From the NCBI GenBank assembly GCA_965215565.1, contig CBDCDZ010000004.1, positions 2,304,001 through 2,368,000 of the forward strand: a stretch of DNA of 64,000 bases, given 5' to 3'. The notes under the pieces were generated by a model. That model worked only from the letters and a program-made list of their open reading frames with translations, searched no databases and was not told the DNA's origin. The position numbers were made by a program, and so were the translations under genes. Below are positions 1 through 10,587 of this stretch, piece by piece (the stretch's first letter is position 1; each line of letters opens with the position of its first letter). The stretch is from Trueperaceae bacterium (GTDB lineage: Bacteria > Deinococcota > Deinococci > Deinococcales > Trueperaceae).

Positions 1-109
1 CAGCGAGTTTCGGCGCGTGAGGTTAGCGCGGAACGCGGCGTGTCCGGTATGCGGGGATGCGCCGCGCATCCGCGCACTGGTGGACTATGAAGACTTTTGC
101 GAGGTTTGA
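1..109 (+). CDS. moeB: 3' end of ThiF/MoeB family adenylyltransferase (partial)
   Basis: Frame 2 reads SEFRRVRLARNAACPVCGDAPRIRALVDYEDFCEV*, the typical MoeB/ThiF C-terminal CPVCG...DYExFC zinc-site tail; not in the ORF track. Confidence 0.75.
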   Translation, partial: SEFRRVRLARNAACPVCGDAPRIRALVDYEDFCEV

Positions 110-130
110 GCGCGGACACTCAAAGGGGTT

Positions 131-472
131 ATGAAAGATTCGAGCTTCGGCGCGCGCCCGCCGCTACGCCCCTGGGCGCTCCTGCTGAGCCTGCTGGTGG
201 GCGGTGGCTTCGCTTTGAACCTCTACGGCGCTTGGCAACTGCTCGCGCCGCTCGTCGTCGGCGCGCTCATCGGGCGCTGGTGGGCGCTCGCGCTGATGAC
301 GCTATTTTTAACGCTCGACTTCTACGTTTTTCCTCTCTTTGAGGGTGCGCCGCTCAACTTGGGTGCCGACTCGCTTCGCTGGGACGTGACGCTCTGGCTC
401 TTCGTCATGTGCGTCACTTGGATTGGGGTAGCGCTGGGCAAGGCGTTCGCGGCGCTTCAAGAGCGAGGTTGA
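131..472 (+). CDS. Small hypothetical membrane protein
   Basis: 113 aa, several hydrophobic segments, AGGGG RBS-like motif upstream. Confidence 0.7.
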   Translation: MKDSSFGARPPLRPWALLLSLLVGGGFALNLYGAWQLLAPLVVGALIGRWWALALMTLFLTLDFYVFPLFEGAPLNLGADSLRWDVTLWLFVMCVTWIGVALGKAFAALQERG

Positions 473-560
473 TGTCGGAACTGCGTTCCATCTTCCCGTT
501 GCTCTGAGAAGTTCCGTACATTCTCGAGCGTTTCGAACATTCTAGTGCTAGACTGAGCGC

Positions 561-1280
561 GTGATTTTAGGAGTGATTAGCGACGTTCACGCGAACATTT
601 TGGCGCTCGAGGCGGTCTTAGCCGTTTTGAAAGATAAAGGTGCAGACACCATCGTGTGCTTGGGTGACCTCGTCGGTTACGGTCCCTCGCCCAACGAGAC
701 CATCGACCTCTTGCGCCAAGAGGGGGTCATGTGCACGCTCGGCGCGGCCGACGAGCAAATTGCTTTCGACTTCGCCAAATCCCAGAAGCAGCGCGCGGGC
801 GTTGCCGACGAGATTTTGGAGTGGACGCGCACCGTTATCGAGCCGCGCCACGTAGAGTTCCTGCGCAACCTCCCCTCACAGCAGCGCCTCAGCACGCCTG
901 TCGGCAGGCTGCGCTTCTTCCACAGCACGCTCGGCAAGACCGGCGGCGCACGCCTCGACTTAGACCAGGACGTGATCGGTCTGACGAAGCTCTTAGAAGA
1001 GTACCGCTGCACAATTCTCGCCATAGGTAAAACGCACGTCCCCTTCTACAAAAAGCTGCCGATGGGCTGGATTATCAACCCAGGCTCGGTGGGTTTGTCT
1101 CTCAACGGCGAGCCGGGGGCAGACTACGCGCTTTTAGACATCAACGAGGGCTCAGTTGAGGTCAAGATGGACAAAGTCGAGTACGACTTCGCTGCGGTTG
1201 CGTTTGACATCGTAGCGTGGGGTTTGCCGGGGACGGTGGCGGAGGCGATTCAGCAGGGGCGGATGCCAGACAAGGTTTAG
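561..1280 (+). CDS. Calcineurin-like metallophosphoesterase (YfcE/MJ0912-like)
   Basis: ISDVHAN, CLGDLVGYG, INPGSVG motifs; TGcTAGACT 6 nt before GTG (leaderless). Confidence 0.9.
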   Translation: MILGVISDVHANILALEAVLAVLKDKGADTIVCLGDLVGYGPSPNETIDLLRQEGVMCTLGAADEQIAFDFAKSQKQRAGVADEILEWTRTVIEPRHVEFLRNLPSQQRLSTPVGRLRFFHSTLGKTGGARLDLDQDVIGLTKLLEEYRCTILAIGKTHVPFYKKLPMGWIINPGSVGLSLNGEPGADYALLDINEGSVEVKMDKVEYDFAAVAFDIVAWGLPGTVAEAIQQGRMPDKV

Positions 1281-1324
1281 TCCACACATCTGTAAATTTT
1301 GAACCGTTAAACTAGGGTTTCACC

Positions 1325-2284
1325 ATGTTACGCACCGCGCTCTATATCTATTTGTTTGCACTCTGCCTCTATCTTGTCTTGCGCTTTGCTTTCGGGGACA
1401 GTCTATGGTGGCTGTCTCTGCTCAACACCTTCGCACCGCTGCTCTTTTTACCCCTGCTCGCAGTTCTGCCCGTCGCTTGGTTCAAGGGTTGGCGCTGGTG
1501 CTCGGCGTTCACTGGCCTCCTCATCAGTGCAGGCTTGCTCTGGTTTGGCCCAGTTATCTCACTGAGCAGTAAGGACGAATCGGCGGGAGAAACACTCGAG
1601 GTCATCACCTATAACATGCGTATCACTTCTGAGGAAGTGGAGCCTTGGTTACGGCAAATAGACGCAGACGTCGTGATGTTACAAGAGGTGCCAGAAGGAT
1701 TGACGGAAGCGATTCCCACTTTACTCGAGCAATACCCCTACCAGCTAGACCAACCTGAGTGGAGCAATATGATTCTATCGCGTTATCCGCTGAGCGAAGC
1801 TGAAGCGGCGACCGATATACCTATGCAGCGTGCCGAGGCAAATATTGACGGGCGCAGAATTGCGCTCTACAACGTTCACTTTCGGTGGCCTATCGGCGAG
1901 CCTCGCTTCTCATTCTTGCCCTGGTTCGAAGTCAACGCTTTTTCACGCTACGATGACAAGGTGAGAAATCAGCAGATTGAGACGCTGATAGGTCAGTTGC
2001 AAAGAGAGTCTCTGCCTTACATCGTGGCGGGAGATTTCAACATGAGCCAGCACGCCGCTATATACGGGCGCGTGGCTGAGGTGATGCAAGACGCTTTTCG
2101 TGAAGCGGGAAGAGGTTGGGGGAACACGTGGCCGACTGAGTTGCAGAGCGGTTTACCTGTTCCGCTTTTGCTGAGGCTCGACTATATTTGGCACAGTGAG
2201 GCTTTTACTACGCAAGAGGTTGGGCGCGGTCCTGAGCTAGCGTCGGATCATCTGCCTGTTCATGCGGCGCTCGAGCTGCGCTGA
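1325..2284 (+). CDS. Membrane-anchored endonuclease/exonuclease/phosphatase family protein
   Basis: N-terminal TM helices; TYN, LQE, GDFN, LDY, SDH motifs. Confidence 0.9.
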   Translation: MLRTALYIYLFALCLYLVLRFAFGDSLWWLSLLNTFAPLLFLPLLAVLPVAWFKGWRWCSAFTGLLISAGLLWFGPVISLSSKDESAGETLEVITYNMRITSEEVEPWLRQIDADVVMLQEVPEGLTEAIPTLLEQYPYQLDQPEWSNMILSRYPLSEAEAATDIPMQRAEANIDGRRIALYNVHFRWPIGEPRFSFLPWFEVNAFSRYDDKVRNQQIETLIGQLQRESLPYIVAGDFNMSQHAAIYGRVAEVMQDAFREAGRGWGNTWPTELQSGLPVPLLLRLDYIWHSEAFTTQEVGRGPELASDHLPVHAALELR

Positions 2285-2299
2285 CCAAAAGAAAAAGAG

Positions 2300-2322
2300 A
2301 AGGCGGACTTTCGTCCGCCCTT
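2300..2322. terminator. Hairpin between convergent genes (probable terminator)
   Basis: GGCGGAC-TTTC-GTCCGCC with an A-rich tract on the left (U-tract on the minus strand). Confidence 0.6.
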
Positions 2323-2342
2323 AATAGCCAGAGATTGAGCTT

Positions 2343-3521
2343 CTAAGCGAGCGCCACCGCCATCGCCAACGCCTCACCGCCGCCGATGCAGATTGACGCC
2401 ATGCCGCGCTCCTGGTCACGCTGCTTCATTGCGTGCAGGAGCGTTACGACGATGCGCGTACCCGACGCACCGATAGGGTGACCTAACGCCACCGCGCCGC
2501 CATGCACATTGATCTGGTCGTGCGAGATGCCGAACTCCTCCATCGCCGCCATGCTCACCACAGCAAAGGCTTCGTTGACCTCAAAGAGCCCGTAGTCTTC
2601 GGGCTTGGTTCCTTGCTTTTCAAAGAGCTTTTTCATCGCGCCGACCGGCGCGATAGTAAACCACTCGGGGTCGATCGCGTTGGCGGCGTAGCCTTCGATG
2701 GTGGCGAGAATGGGCATTCCGTTCGCCTTAGCATACTCGTCACTCGTGACGACAACCGCTGCTGCCCCATCGTTGATGCCCGAGGCGTTCGCCGCTGTCA
2801 CGCTGCCGCCGTCGCGCTTAAACGCAGGGCGCAGCTTAGAGATTTTATCATTGTTGAGTTTTGAAGGCTCCTCATCTTCAGAAATCACGGTGACGTCGCC
2901 CTTGCGCCCCGTGACCTCGACCGAGACCATCTCATCGTCGAAGCCGCCGTCCTTGTTCGCTTTAGCGGCGCGTTCGTAGGACGCTGTGGCGAACTCATCC
3001 TGGTCTTCGCGGCTGAAGTTGTATTTATCCGCACACATCTCTGCGCACGCACCCATGTGCTTGTCGTTGTAGACGTCCCATAAGCCGTCGTTCACCATGT
3101 GGTCTACGAGCTGTTTGTCCCCCATCTTCAAACCGCCCCTAGCCCCGGGGACGAGGTAGGGCGCGTTGGTCATGGACTCCATGCCGCCCGCGACGACGAC
3201 GTTGGCGTCGCCTACCATGACCGCTCTCGCCGCTTGAATGATCGACTCCATGCCGCTGCCGCAGACCTTACTGACGGTGACCGTCGGCGTGTGCTCGCTA
3301 AGCCCGGCGTAGATCGTCGCCTGGCGCGCGGGGGCTTGACCCATGCCTGCGGGGAGCACGTTGCCCATGTAGACCATGTCCACGTGATCGTTCTCGACTC
3401 CGGCGCGGCGCACGGCCTCTTTGATGGCGGCTGCGCCAATTTCAGACGCTTTGAGCGGGGAAAGAACGCCTTGAAAGGACCCGAAGGGGGTGCGGACTGC
3501 GGACGCGATAACTGCTTTCAT
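2343..3521 (-). CDS. atoB: Acetyl-CoA C-acetyltransferase (thiolase)
   Basis: KVCGSG, NEAF, GHPIGASG, CIGGG thiolase motifs; GGAGG RBS. Confidence 0.95.
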   Translation of the reverse strand: MKAVIASAVRTPFGSFQGVLSPLKASEIGAAAIKEAVRRAGVENDHVDMVYMGNVLPAGMGQAPARQATIYAGLSEHTPTVTVSKVCGSGMESIIQAARAVMVGDANVVVAGGMESMTNAPYLVPGARGGLKMGDKQLVDHMVNDGLWDVYNDKHMGACAEMCADKYNFSREDQDEFATASYERAAKANKDGGFDDEMVSVEVTGRKGDVTVISEDEEPSKLNNDKISKLRPAFKRDGGSVTAANASGINDGAAAVVVTSDEYAKANGMPILATIEGYAANAIDPEWFTIAPVGAMKKLFEKQGTKPEDYGLFEVNEAFAVVSMAAMEEFGISHDQINVHGGAVALGHPIGASGTRIVVTLLHAMKQRDQERGMASICIGGGEALAMAVALA

Positions 3522-3990
3522 TGTTGCCTCCTCTTGAATTTGTGCTCAAAGTAGAGTAATCTCTACTACGTTTTCAGGTTGTCGTTACAGAGAGAGTATA
3601 GCCAAAAGGTAGAGCGAGACCTGTTGCTGAGACTCTATTTGGTACACATACGGTTCGGCTCTACGTACCTGCCACTGCATCTTCACCTCCGCACATTCAC
3701 CACTGCATATCCATCACTTCCTTCGGAGAAGCCGCCAACAAAAACGGGTACCTCGAAATAGTCAAGAGGTATTCCAAAGCGCTCGAGTCCTCGGCACCTT
3801 TTCTAATCCCTCGTCATGCGAAATTCTGTACAGGTGCTCGCACGCACGTTATTTCCATTATCCTAATTTTAGAGCGCGCCGGGTCCCCCGCTTCGTGCGA
3901 GGTTGTCCTTGTACGCAAAGGCAGGCAACACGTCGCACCGAACCGAGACGAGGCTCGCCAGATGACCTACATCTAAGAGGAGTAAAGAGA

Positions 3991-5646
3991 ATGACCAACA
4001 AATTACATGTGGCGCTTGGCGTCCTTCTACTCGTGTTTCTAGCCTCTTGCGGGGCGTCTGTTCCATCAGACAACCCTGCTGACCTCGAGCCTTCGGCGGC
4101 GAACCTCATTCGAAATGGCGACTTTCAGAGCGGCGCGGACGGTTGGGCTGTTCTCGCCAACCGTGAGAAGACCCTGTCCTACTCGGATAACGGGGTGGAC
4201 GAGTACGGGCGCTACTGCGTCTGGGTTGGTGACGGGGGGAGCGAGCCCTACGACATCTACCTCTATCAGAGAGACCTCGAGCTGAGAAAGAACGCTACCT
4301 ATACCCTGAATTTCAGCGCCCTTACAGGAAACAGCGGAACAGCTCGGTTCAGCGTCAAGGTAGGCGGCTCTTCGGGCGACTTCACGCCCTACAGCACTAG
4401 CGCGCATGAGGTAGCGGGCGGCGAGAAGCAGGCGAAGCAGATCACGTTTTCAGTAGCAGAAGACGCGGCGGCGCAGCTCGAGTTTCAGCTAGGGGGAAAG
4501 TCCGAGCCCCAGTATTTCTGCTTCGACGATGTTTCGCTGAGCGCGGCGGGGCAAAGCGGCGCAGAGGGCGGTGAGAATGACGGTGCGGAGAATGAAGACG
4601 CCGCTGGCGTGACATTGCGCGAGCTAGCGGACGCTAAAGGCGTGCTCATCGGCGCGGCTCTTAGGGCTGATCCGCTACGCAATGAGGCGGCTTACCGAGA
4701 GATTGCCGGGCGTGAATTCAACCTGCTCTTTCCCGAGGGCAGCTTCCTCATCTCGGAGATGCACACGGCGCAAGACCCCTACAGCTTGTCCCATGACCTC
4801 ACTGACCTGGACTATCAGATTGACTTCGCCCTTGATAACGGCGCACAAGTGCAGGCGTTTCACCTCGTGTGGTTTTTAGAGGCGAGTTGGGCTCCGTGGC
4901 TTAACAACATTCCTCAAGACAGACGCCGGGAGTTTATCCGCAAGCGCATCCGCGACGTGATGACCCGCTACGACGGCAAAGTCAACGCCTATAACGTCGT
5001 CAACGAGGCGTTCGAAAAAGACGGCACGCTGCGCGGCGCGACCTCGCAGGGCACCAAAAACTGGCTCTACGAGGAGAATCCAGAGGAACCTTACGGCTAC
5101 ATCGAGTACAGCTTTAGAGAAGCGCGTAACGCTGATCCTGACGCCAAACTCTTCTACAATGATTTCGGCATGGAGTTTGACGGTCCCAAGTGGGACGCGG
5201 TGCTCGAGATGGTCACCGACTTCAAAGCGCGCGGCGTACCGATTGACGGCGTCGGCTTTCAGGGTCACCTCAACATGAAGTGGGGTCCGCTGCCCGACCC
5301 CGCCGAGCTAACCGAGCGTATGCGGCAGCTTGACGCGCTAGGGCTCGAGGCGCGCATCACCGAGTTCGACGTAGGCATCGAAACAGGCGGTCAGTGGGTG
5401 CACGAGAACAAGAGCGAGGCGGAACGCTTAGCTATCCAGACGCAGTATTATAAGGACTACCTTAACGTCTGCTTAGAGGCTCCTAACTGCACCACCTTTG
5501 CGACGTGGGGCTTTACCGACAAGCACTCGTGGATTACTCAAGAGAGGTGGGGCGGCTCGCCTGCAGCGAAACCCCTTCCTTATGATACAAATTACCAGGC
5601 TAAAGAGGCTTATGGCGCGCTGCAAGACGCGCTGCTAGGACGCTAA
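3991..5646 (+). CDS. Lipoprotein GH10 endo-1,4-beta-xylanase with N-terminal CBM4/9-like module
   Basis: Start moved to ATG 3991 (GAGGAG RBS); lipobox LASC; VVNE acid/base, YND, GFQGH, ITEFD nucleophile, TWGFTD motifs. Confidence 0.9.
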   Translation: MTNKLHVALGVLLLVFLASCGASVPSDNPADLEPSAANLIRNGDFQSGADGWAVLANREKTLSYSDNGVDEYGRYCVWVGDGGSEPYDIYLYQRDLELRKNATYTLNFSALTGNSGTARFSVKVGGSSGDFTPYSTSAHEVAGGEKQAKQITFSVAEDAAAQLEFQLGGKSEPQYFCFDDVSLSAAGQSGAEGGENDGAENEDAAGVTLRELADAKGVLIGAALRADPLRNEAAYREIAGREFNLLFPEGSFLISEMHTAQDPYSLSHDLTDLDYQIDFALDNGAQVQAFHLVWFLEASWAPWLNNIPQDRRREFIRKRIRDVMTRYDGKVNAYNVVNEAFEKDGTLRGATSQGTKNWLYEENPEEPYGYIEYSFREARNADPDAKLFYNDFGMEFDGPKWDAVLEMVTDFKARGVPIDGVGFQGHLNMKWGPLPDPAELTERMRQLDALGLEARITEFDVGIETGGQWVHENKSEAERLAIQTQYYKDYLNVCLEAPNCTTFATWGFTDKHSWITQERWGGSPAAKPLPYDTNYQAKEAYGALQDALLGR

Positions 5647-7196
5647 TGCCCATTCTCCGACACCGACGCAATCAAGTCCTGCTTGAGATGGTAGAGCTTC
5701 TCGGTGAGCGATACGTGGTAGATGTGCGGGTTGACCAGCCGCTTCACCCCCGAGTTGAGGTGCGCCACGTCCCGCTCACGCTGTTCACGCATCCCCTCGA
5801 TGTCGGGCAAATCGCAAACGAGCTTGCCCTCCTCGAGCACGTCTATGAGCAGGGGCTCGACGCGGCTTATACTTTCCGGGCGGAGGGCGCGGCGCTTCGT
5901 CGCGTCCGAGGGGTGATAGAGCGCCAAGCGCTCCCCTTCTTGCGGCGTCTCGTCCGCGAGACCGACTAAGTCCGCTGTCGCATTGCCCCGAGCGTCGTAG
6001 ACGCGCCAGACGCGCTTGTTGCCGGGATTGGGCGTTTTGGCGGGCGAGTCTGAGACTTTGATGGCGGGCTGCCAATCGCCCCCGTCACGCACCGACACGA
6101 GTTTGTAAACGCCGCCTAGGGAAGGGTCACCTTCGGAGGTGATGAGCCGCGTGCCGACGCCGTAGGTGAGGCGTTCCATGAGCGCGTTCGGATCGACGCC
6201 GTACGAGGACGCTTCTTGGGCAATCTGCGTCAAAATCTGCCAGATGACGAGTTCGTCCAAGTTGCTCGACAGCACGATGGACACGTCGGGAAAGCCCGCA
6301 TCGTCGAGCATCTTCGCTGCTTGAATGCTCAAGTACGCCAAATCGCCCGAGTCGAGGCGGACGCCCACGGGCTGATGACCTTTGCGTTTAAGCTCTTCAA
6401 ACACCACAATGGCGTTTGGCACGCCGCTGTGAAGCGTGTCTACCGTGTCGACGAGGAGCAGACATTCGTCGGGATAGGTCTCGGCGTAGGCGCGAAAGGC
6501 GTCCTCTTCACCCATGCCCAGCGCGAGAAAGACCTGCACCATGCTGTGCGCGTGGGTGCCTTTGGGGGGGTAGCCTAAAACGCTCGAGACCCCCGTGTTC
6601 GAGCTGAAGTCCGCCCCGCCGATAAGCGCCGCCCGCGTGCCCGCGTTCGCCCCCTTGTCCTGGGCGCGGCGCATCCCGAACTCCAAGAGGAGCCCGCTTC
6701 TCGCGCTATCTCTGATCCGCGCCGTTTTCGTCGCGATGAGCGTTTGATAGTTGAGTTGCGCCAAAAGCGCGGTCTCCAAAAGCTGCGCGATGATTAAAGG
6801 ACCCTCCACTACCGTCAGCGGCGTATGTGGATGGACCACGCGCCCCTCGGGAACCGCTCGCAGGGTCAGACTTTCAAACGTGCCATGTTTGCGCAACCAC
6901 GCCAAAAAGTCGTTACTGAAAAGTTGCGCTCCGGTACGCCCCTTTTGTGAGCGCAAGTGCTCGACCTCTTGCTCAGAAATGCGCGCCTCGTTCATCCAGT
7001 CGAGCAGCCAGCCCAGCCCCGCATTCACGCAAAAGCCCGCCTGGTGCGTGCCGTAGTTCGGGTACTCGCGGAAGAAGTGATCGAACTGCGCGGTTTTCTC
7101 GTGCAAACCCATACGGTAGTAAAGCTGCGCCATCGTGAGCTGGTAGAAGTCGGTAAAAAGGAAGCCTTCGGCGATGCGCCGCTCTTGGAAGGTCAT
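5643..7196 (-). CDS. pncB: Nicotinate phosphoribosyltransferase
   Basis: [35 protein letters not shown] motifs; start moved to ATG 7196. Confidence 0.95.
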   Translation of the reverse strand: MTFQERRIAEGFLFTDFYQLTMAQLYYRMGLHEKTAQFDHFFREYPNYGTHQAGFCVNAGLGWLLDWMNEARISEQEVEHLRSQKGRTGAQLFSNDFLAWLRKHGTFESLTLRAVPEGRVVHPHTPLTVVEGPLIIAQLLETALLAQLNYQTLIATKTARIRDSARSGLLLEFGMRRAQDKGANAGTRAALIGGADFSSNTGVSSVLGYPPKGTHAHSMVQVFLALGMGEEDAFRAYAETYPDECLLLVDTVDTLHSGVPNAIVVFEELKRKGHQPVGVRLDSGDLAYLSIQAAKMLDDAGFPDVSIVLSSNLDELVIWQILTQIAQEASSYGVDPNALMERLTYGVGTRLITSEGDPSLGGVYKLVSVRDGGDWQPAIKVSDSPAKTPNPGNKRVWRVYDARGNATADLVGLADETPQEGERLALYHPSDATKRRALRPESISRVEPLLIDVLEEGKLVCDLPDIEGMREQRERDVAHLNSGVKRLVNPHIYHVSLTEKLYHLKQDLIASVSENGH

Positions 7197-7258
7197 GGCT
7201 ATAGCATGACATAAAAAGCATGACATAGAACTAGAGAGGTGAGCGAGACCACATTTGT

Positions 7259-7287
7259 AGCAATGAGTTCCGAGCAATGAGCAATCC
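7259..7287 (+). repeat. GCAATGA heptamer repeat arm (inverted partner at 7933-7957)
   Basis: AGCAATGAGTTCCGAGCAATGAGCAAT; same element intact at 19906-19999. Confidence 0.7.
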
Positions 7288-7290
7288 AGT

Positions 7291-7365
7291 CGAGCTGGTT
7301 ATGTAATCTCGCGTAGCGAACGATTACGAAGTTTTCGCGGAGGCGAAACGGTGAGTCTAAAGCTT
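7291..7365 (+). repeat. ~75 bp direct repeat, copy 1, flanking the IS1 remnant
   Basis: CGAGCTGGT..TATGTAATCTCGCGTAG..GATTACGAAGTTTTCGCGGAGGCGAAACGG..GAGTCTAAAGCTT; copy 2 at 7841-7929. Confidence 0.85.
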
Positions 7366-7840
7366 GGTAGTGGCTCAACACGAACTGCTAAGCTAAGGGA
7401 TGGTTACTCAGACAGTACAGTGTTATCACTGCGGCAGCGAGAACGTAAAGAAGAACGGCAAAGCCCCTAATGGCAAACAGCGCTACCACTGTAAGGAATG
7501 CAACCGAGCGAGTTTAGAGAACCCAAATTACGGCTACAGTAAAGAGAGAAAGGAAGAGATTCTTAAAGCTTATCAAGAGCGCTCTAGTATGCGCGGTGTC
7601 GCTAGAACGTTTGGGATATCACGTAACACACTGGACGCCTGGCTCAAAAAAAGCCAAGATAACGCCTCCCCTTAGCGATACACTCATAGCTCCTAAAGTA
7701 CCTGAGCTGTAGAGCTTGAACACGTTTGTAAGCTGCAAAGCTAAAAAGCTCTGGATATGGCTGGCTCTTTGCCAGACCAGGCAAGTCGTTGCTTGCGTCA
7801 TAGGAGGACGCGGTAGCGCTACCAAGAAGCTTTGGGGCAA
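7366..7840 (+). mobile_element. Truncated IS1-family element (intact InsA-like ORF 7400-7675, degraded InsB)
   Basis: GGTAGTG left end; CxxC...KNGK..GKQRYxCKEC zinc finger plus HTH; A7G slippery site at 7646-7653; InsB remnant WIWLAL..TRQVVA..IG.R with stop and truncation. Confidence 0.85.
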
Positions 7841-7929
7841 CGAGCTGGTCTCGTCTTATGTAATCTCGCGTAGGCTGCGAACTGGATTACGAAGTTTTCG
7901 CGGAGGCGAAACGGTTGAGTCTAAAGCTT
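7841..7929 (+). repeat. Direct repeat, copy 2, flanking the IS1 remnant
   Basis: Near-identical to 7291-7365 with small insertions. Confidence 0.85.
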
Positions 7930-8130
7930 TTCACTCATTGCTCGTTGCTCATTGCTTTCAACTTCTCTACGCTTTTAACTTCTCTATTGCAAAGATATTC
8001 ACGTCGTATTCACGCAATTTCAGGCCAGACCCGATCTATTGACCTCTTCTATTAAGATTGTGTTAAGGTATCGAAATTAGCCCCCGTCACAATCCTCTCC
8101 TCACAACTCACCGGGCTAAAGGAGGTCAAG

Positions 8131-8562
8131 ATGGCTGCAACTTTATTAGTTGGCATCGACGGCAGCGAGTGTGCCGCACGCGCGGCGGACTTCGCTGCCG
8201 GGCACGCTCAGCAGATCGGCGCTGAGTTGCACCTCGTCGGGGTCATCGAGTGGTCGAACTACGCCTTTTTGACACCCGAAGAGCTGGAGACGCGGCACAA
8301 GGACCGCGAGGAAGACGAAGAGCGAGCGAATCAGGTGTTGACGCCCCTTAAAGAGCAGTTGGCTCAAAACGGGGTCAACGTTCGGACCTCGGTGCGCTTC
8401 GGTCACCCGGCAAAGATTATGAGAGAGGTCGCTGAAGAGGAAGGGGTGAGCCAGATTTTTATAGGAAGACATGGACGCTCGAGGTTTGAAACCGCCCTCT
8501 TTGGCAGCGTCACGAACAGAATTTTACAGCTCGCGCCCGTTCCCGTGACGGTTGTTCCCTGA
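8131..8562 (+). CDS. Universal stress protein
   Basis: LVGIDGS, GxP, GRHG, FGSV, PVPVTVV motifs; AAGGAGG RBS. Confidence 0.92.
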   Translation: MAATLLVGIDGSECAARAADFAAGHAQQIGAELHLVGVIEWSNYAFLTPEELETRHKDREEDEERANQVLTPLKEQLAQNGVNVRTSVRFGHPAKIMREVAEEEGVSQIFIGRHGRSRFETALFGSVTNRILQLAPVPVTVVP

Positions 8563-8636
8563 TGCTCTCCCCCGTATCTTCTCCCGCGTCACAAGGCTCC
8601 AAGTTCTCGCGTCTTTATCTCTTTAGGAGGTCATGG

Positions 8637-10208
8637 GTGAAACGTTCGTACAGACTACTCGCAGTGTTACTGAGCCTGCTTATGATAGCAGCCGCGTTTG
8701 CACAGGAAGAGGAAGGCGGGGGCGGCATTGACGCGGCGATCAACAGCATTCTCTCGCCCGCCGCCAACTTTCTCTCCGCCATCGTCTTCTTCGCTATTCC
8801 GTTGGGAGGCGGCGCAGAACTACCTATCATCGTTGTGTGGCTCATCGTCGCGGCGGTCTTTTTCACCTTTTACTTTAACTTCATCAACTTTCGCTCCACC
8901 CCGCAGGCGTGGCGGCTCATTCGGGGCGACTACTACAACAAAGACGACGCAGGCGAGGTCACGCACTTTCAGGCGCTCGCCACCGCGCTTTCGGGCACCG
9001 TCGGGCTCGGTAACATCGCGGGCGTTGCGGTAGCGATTTCACTAGGCGGACCGGGCGCTACTTTCTGGATGATCGTCGCCGGGCTTTTTAGCATGGCGAC
9101 GAAGTTTGTCGAGTGTACGCTAGGCGTCAAGTACCGCCGCGAGAACGAGGACGGCACCGTCTCGGGCGGACCGATGCACTACCTCAGCAAAGGACTCGCG
9201 GGCAAGGGCAGAGAGGGCTTAGGTAAGGGTCTGGCGACCTTTTTCGCCATCTGCTGTATCGGCGCGTCACTAGGCGGCGGCAACGCCTTCCAGTCGAACC
9301 AAGCGTTTCAGCAACTCGTCAACGTTACGGGCGACCAGGCGTCCTGGTGGGCGGACAAGGGTTGGCTCTTCGGTCTTATCGTCGCGATTCTTATCGGCAT
9401 CGTCATCCTCGGCGGCATCAAGAGCATCGCGAAAGTCACTGAAAAAATTGTTCCCTTTATGGGCATCACGTACGTGCTTGCGGCACTTGTCATCCTCATC
9501 GCGAACTACCAGCAGATTCCAGAGGCGTTCGGGGCTATCTTCACGGGTGCGTTCACGGGCGCAGGCATCACGGGCGGCTTCGTCGGCGTGCTCATCCAGG
9601 GTTTCCGCCGCGCCGCGTTCTCCAACGAGGCAGGTCTTGGCTCCTCAGCCATCGCCCACTCCGCCGTGCAGACGGATGAGCCCATCACCGAAGGTCTCGT
9701 CGCGCTGCACGAGCCCTTCATCGACACGGTCGTGGTGTGCACCATGACCGCGCTTATCATCGTGATCACCGGAGTTTACACCCAAGGCGACTTAGGCGGC
9801 GTACAGCTTACCTCGGCGGCGTTCGCGGCGAACATAAGCTGGTTCCCCTACATCCTCGCGCTCGCCGTGATTCTGTTCGCGTTTTCCACCATGCTCTCGT
9901 GGTCGTACTACGGCGTGAAAGCGACGACGTACCTCTTCGGTGAGGGAGCCATGAAAGAGAACATCTACAAAGCCATCTTCTGCGTGTTTGTCATCTTGGG
10001 CGCAACGATCAGCTTGGACGCGGTGTTGGCCTTTTCCGACTCGATGATCTTCCTCATGTCCCTCCCTAACGTCATCGGACTCTACATCCTCGCGCCCGAG
10101 ATCAAGACGGCGCTCAACTCCTACTGGGAACGCATCCAAAGTGGCGAGATCAAGACGCAGGCGGAGCGGCAGCAGTTGCAGGGGGCGAGTCAAGGCGCGA
10201 GCGACTAG
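8637..10208 (+). CDS. Alanine/glycine:cation symporter (AGCS family)
   Basis: GTVGLGNIAGVA, GGPGA.FWM, GGPM, FSNEAGLGS, IDT.VVC motifs; start moved to GTG 8637 (AGGAGG 6 nt upstream). Confidence 0.93.
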   Translation: MKRSYRLLAVLLSLLMIAAAFAQEEEGGGGIDAAINSILSPAANFLSAIVFFAIPLGGGAELPIIVVWLIVAAVFFTFYFNFINFRSTPQAWRLIRGDYYNKDDAGEVTHFQALATALSGTVGLGNIAGVAVAISLGGPGATFWMIVAGLFSMATKFVECTLGVKYRRENEDGTVSGGPMHYLSKGLAGKGREGLGKGLATFFAICCIGASLGGGNAFQSNQAFQQLVNVTGDQASWWADKGWLFGLIVAILIGIVILGGIKSIAKVTEKIVPFMGITYVLAALVILIANYQQIPEAFGAIFTGAFTGAGITGGFVGVLIQGFRRAAFSNEAGLGSSAIAHSAVQTDEPITEGLVALHEPFIDTVVVCTMTALIIVITGVYTQGDLGGVQLTSAAFAANISWFPYILALAVILFAFSTMLSWSYYGVKATTYLFGEGAMKENIYKAIFCVFVILGATISLDAVLAFSDSMIFLMSLPNVIGLYILAPEIKTALNSYWERIQSGEIKTQAERQQLQGASQGASD

Positions 10209-10243
10209 GCGTTTCGTTTAGTACGAATTGAGAACCGAGTTGC

Positions 10244-10339
10244 GTAGGGGGGATTCATGAATCTCCCCTACTAAGCATTGCGTTCGTATGTAAATGTTTA
10301 GCGGCGCTATGTAGGGACGGGTTTCAAACCCGCCCCTAC
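10244..10339. repeat. Pair of GTAG-family REP-like palindromes
   Basis: GTAGGGGGGATTCATGAATCTCCCCTAC (10244-10271) and GTAGGGACGGGTTTCAAACCCGCCCCTAC (10311-10339). Confidence 0.8.
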
Positions 10340-10569
10340 TCAACCGAAGAGGAGTGAGCGATAGTCCTCGAGCGAATAACCTTCGCAGGCATTCGGGTGA
10401 ATCTCTTTCCATAGTCAGCACCGCCAGAACTCCAGCAGTACAGAACCGCGCCCTGCTCATGGAGGTTTTTGACGTGCTTGATAACACTCGGCATAGGTAT
10501 ACGTTTCGCGCCGTAATTTCTGACCAGCGTTTCGTCAACATCCACGTAAATATAAAGAGGTCTGCTCAT
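10336..10569 (-). pseudogene. Small HAD-like hydrolase, apparently internally deleted/frameshifted
   Basis: YVDVDETLV (HAD motif I) and CWSSGG (motif II), then the frame breaks; a plausible C-terminus EIHPNACEGYSLEDYRSLLFG* lies in another frame. Confidence 0.6.
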
Positions 10570-10587
10570 ATTAGGTCTAATCCTCGG

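Noticed and set aside
7716..8042. 108-aa ORF as a standalone gene
   Set aside because: InsB remnant reading through into repeat DNA
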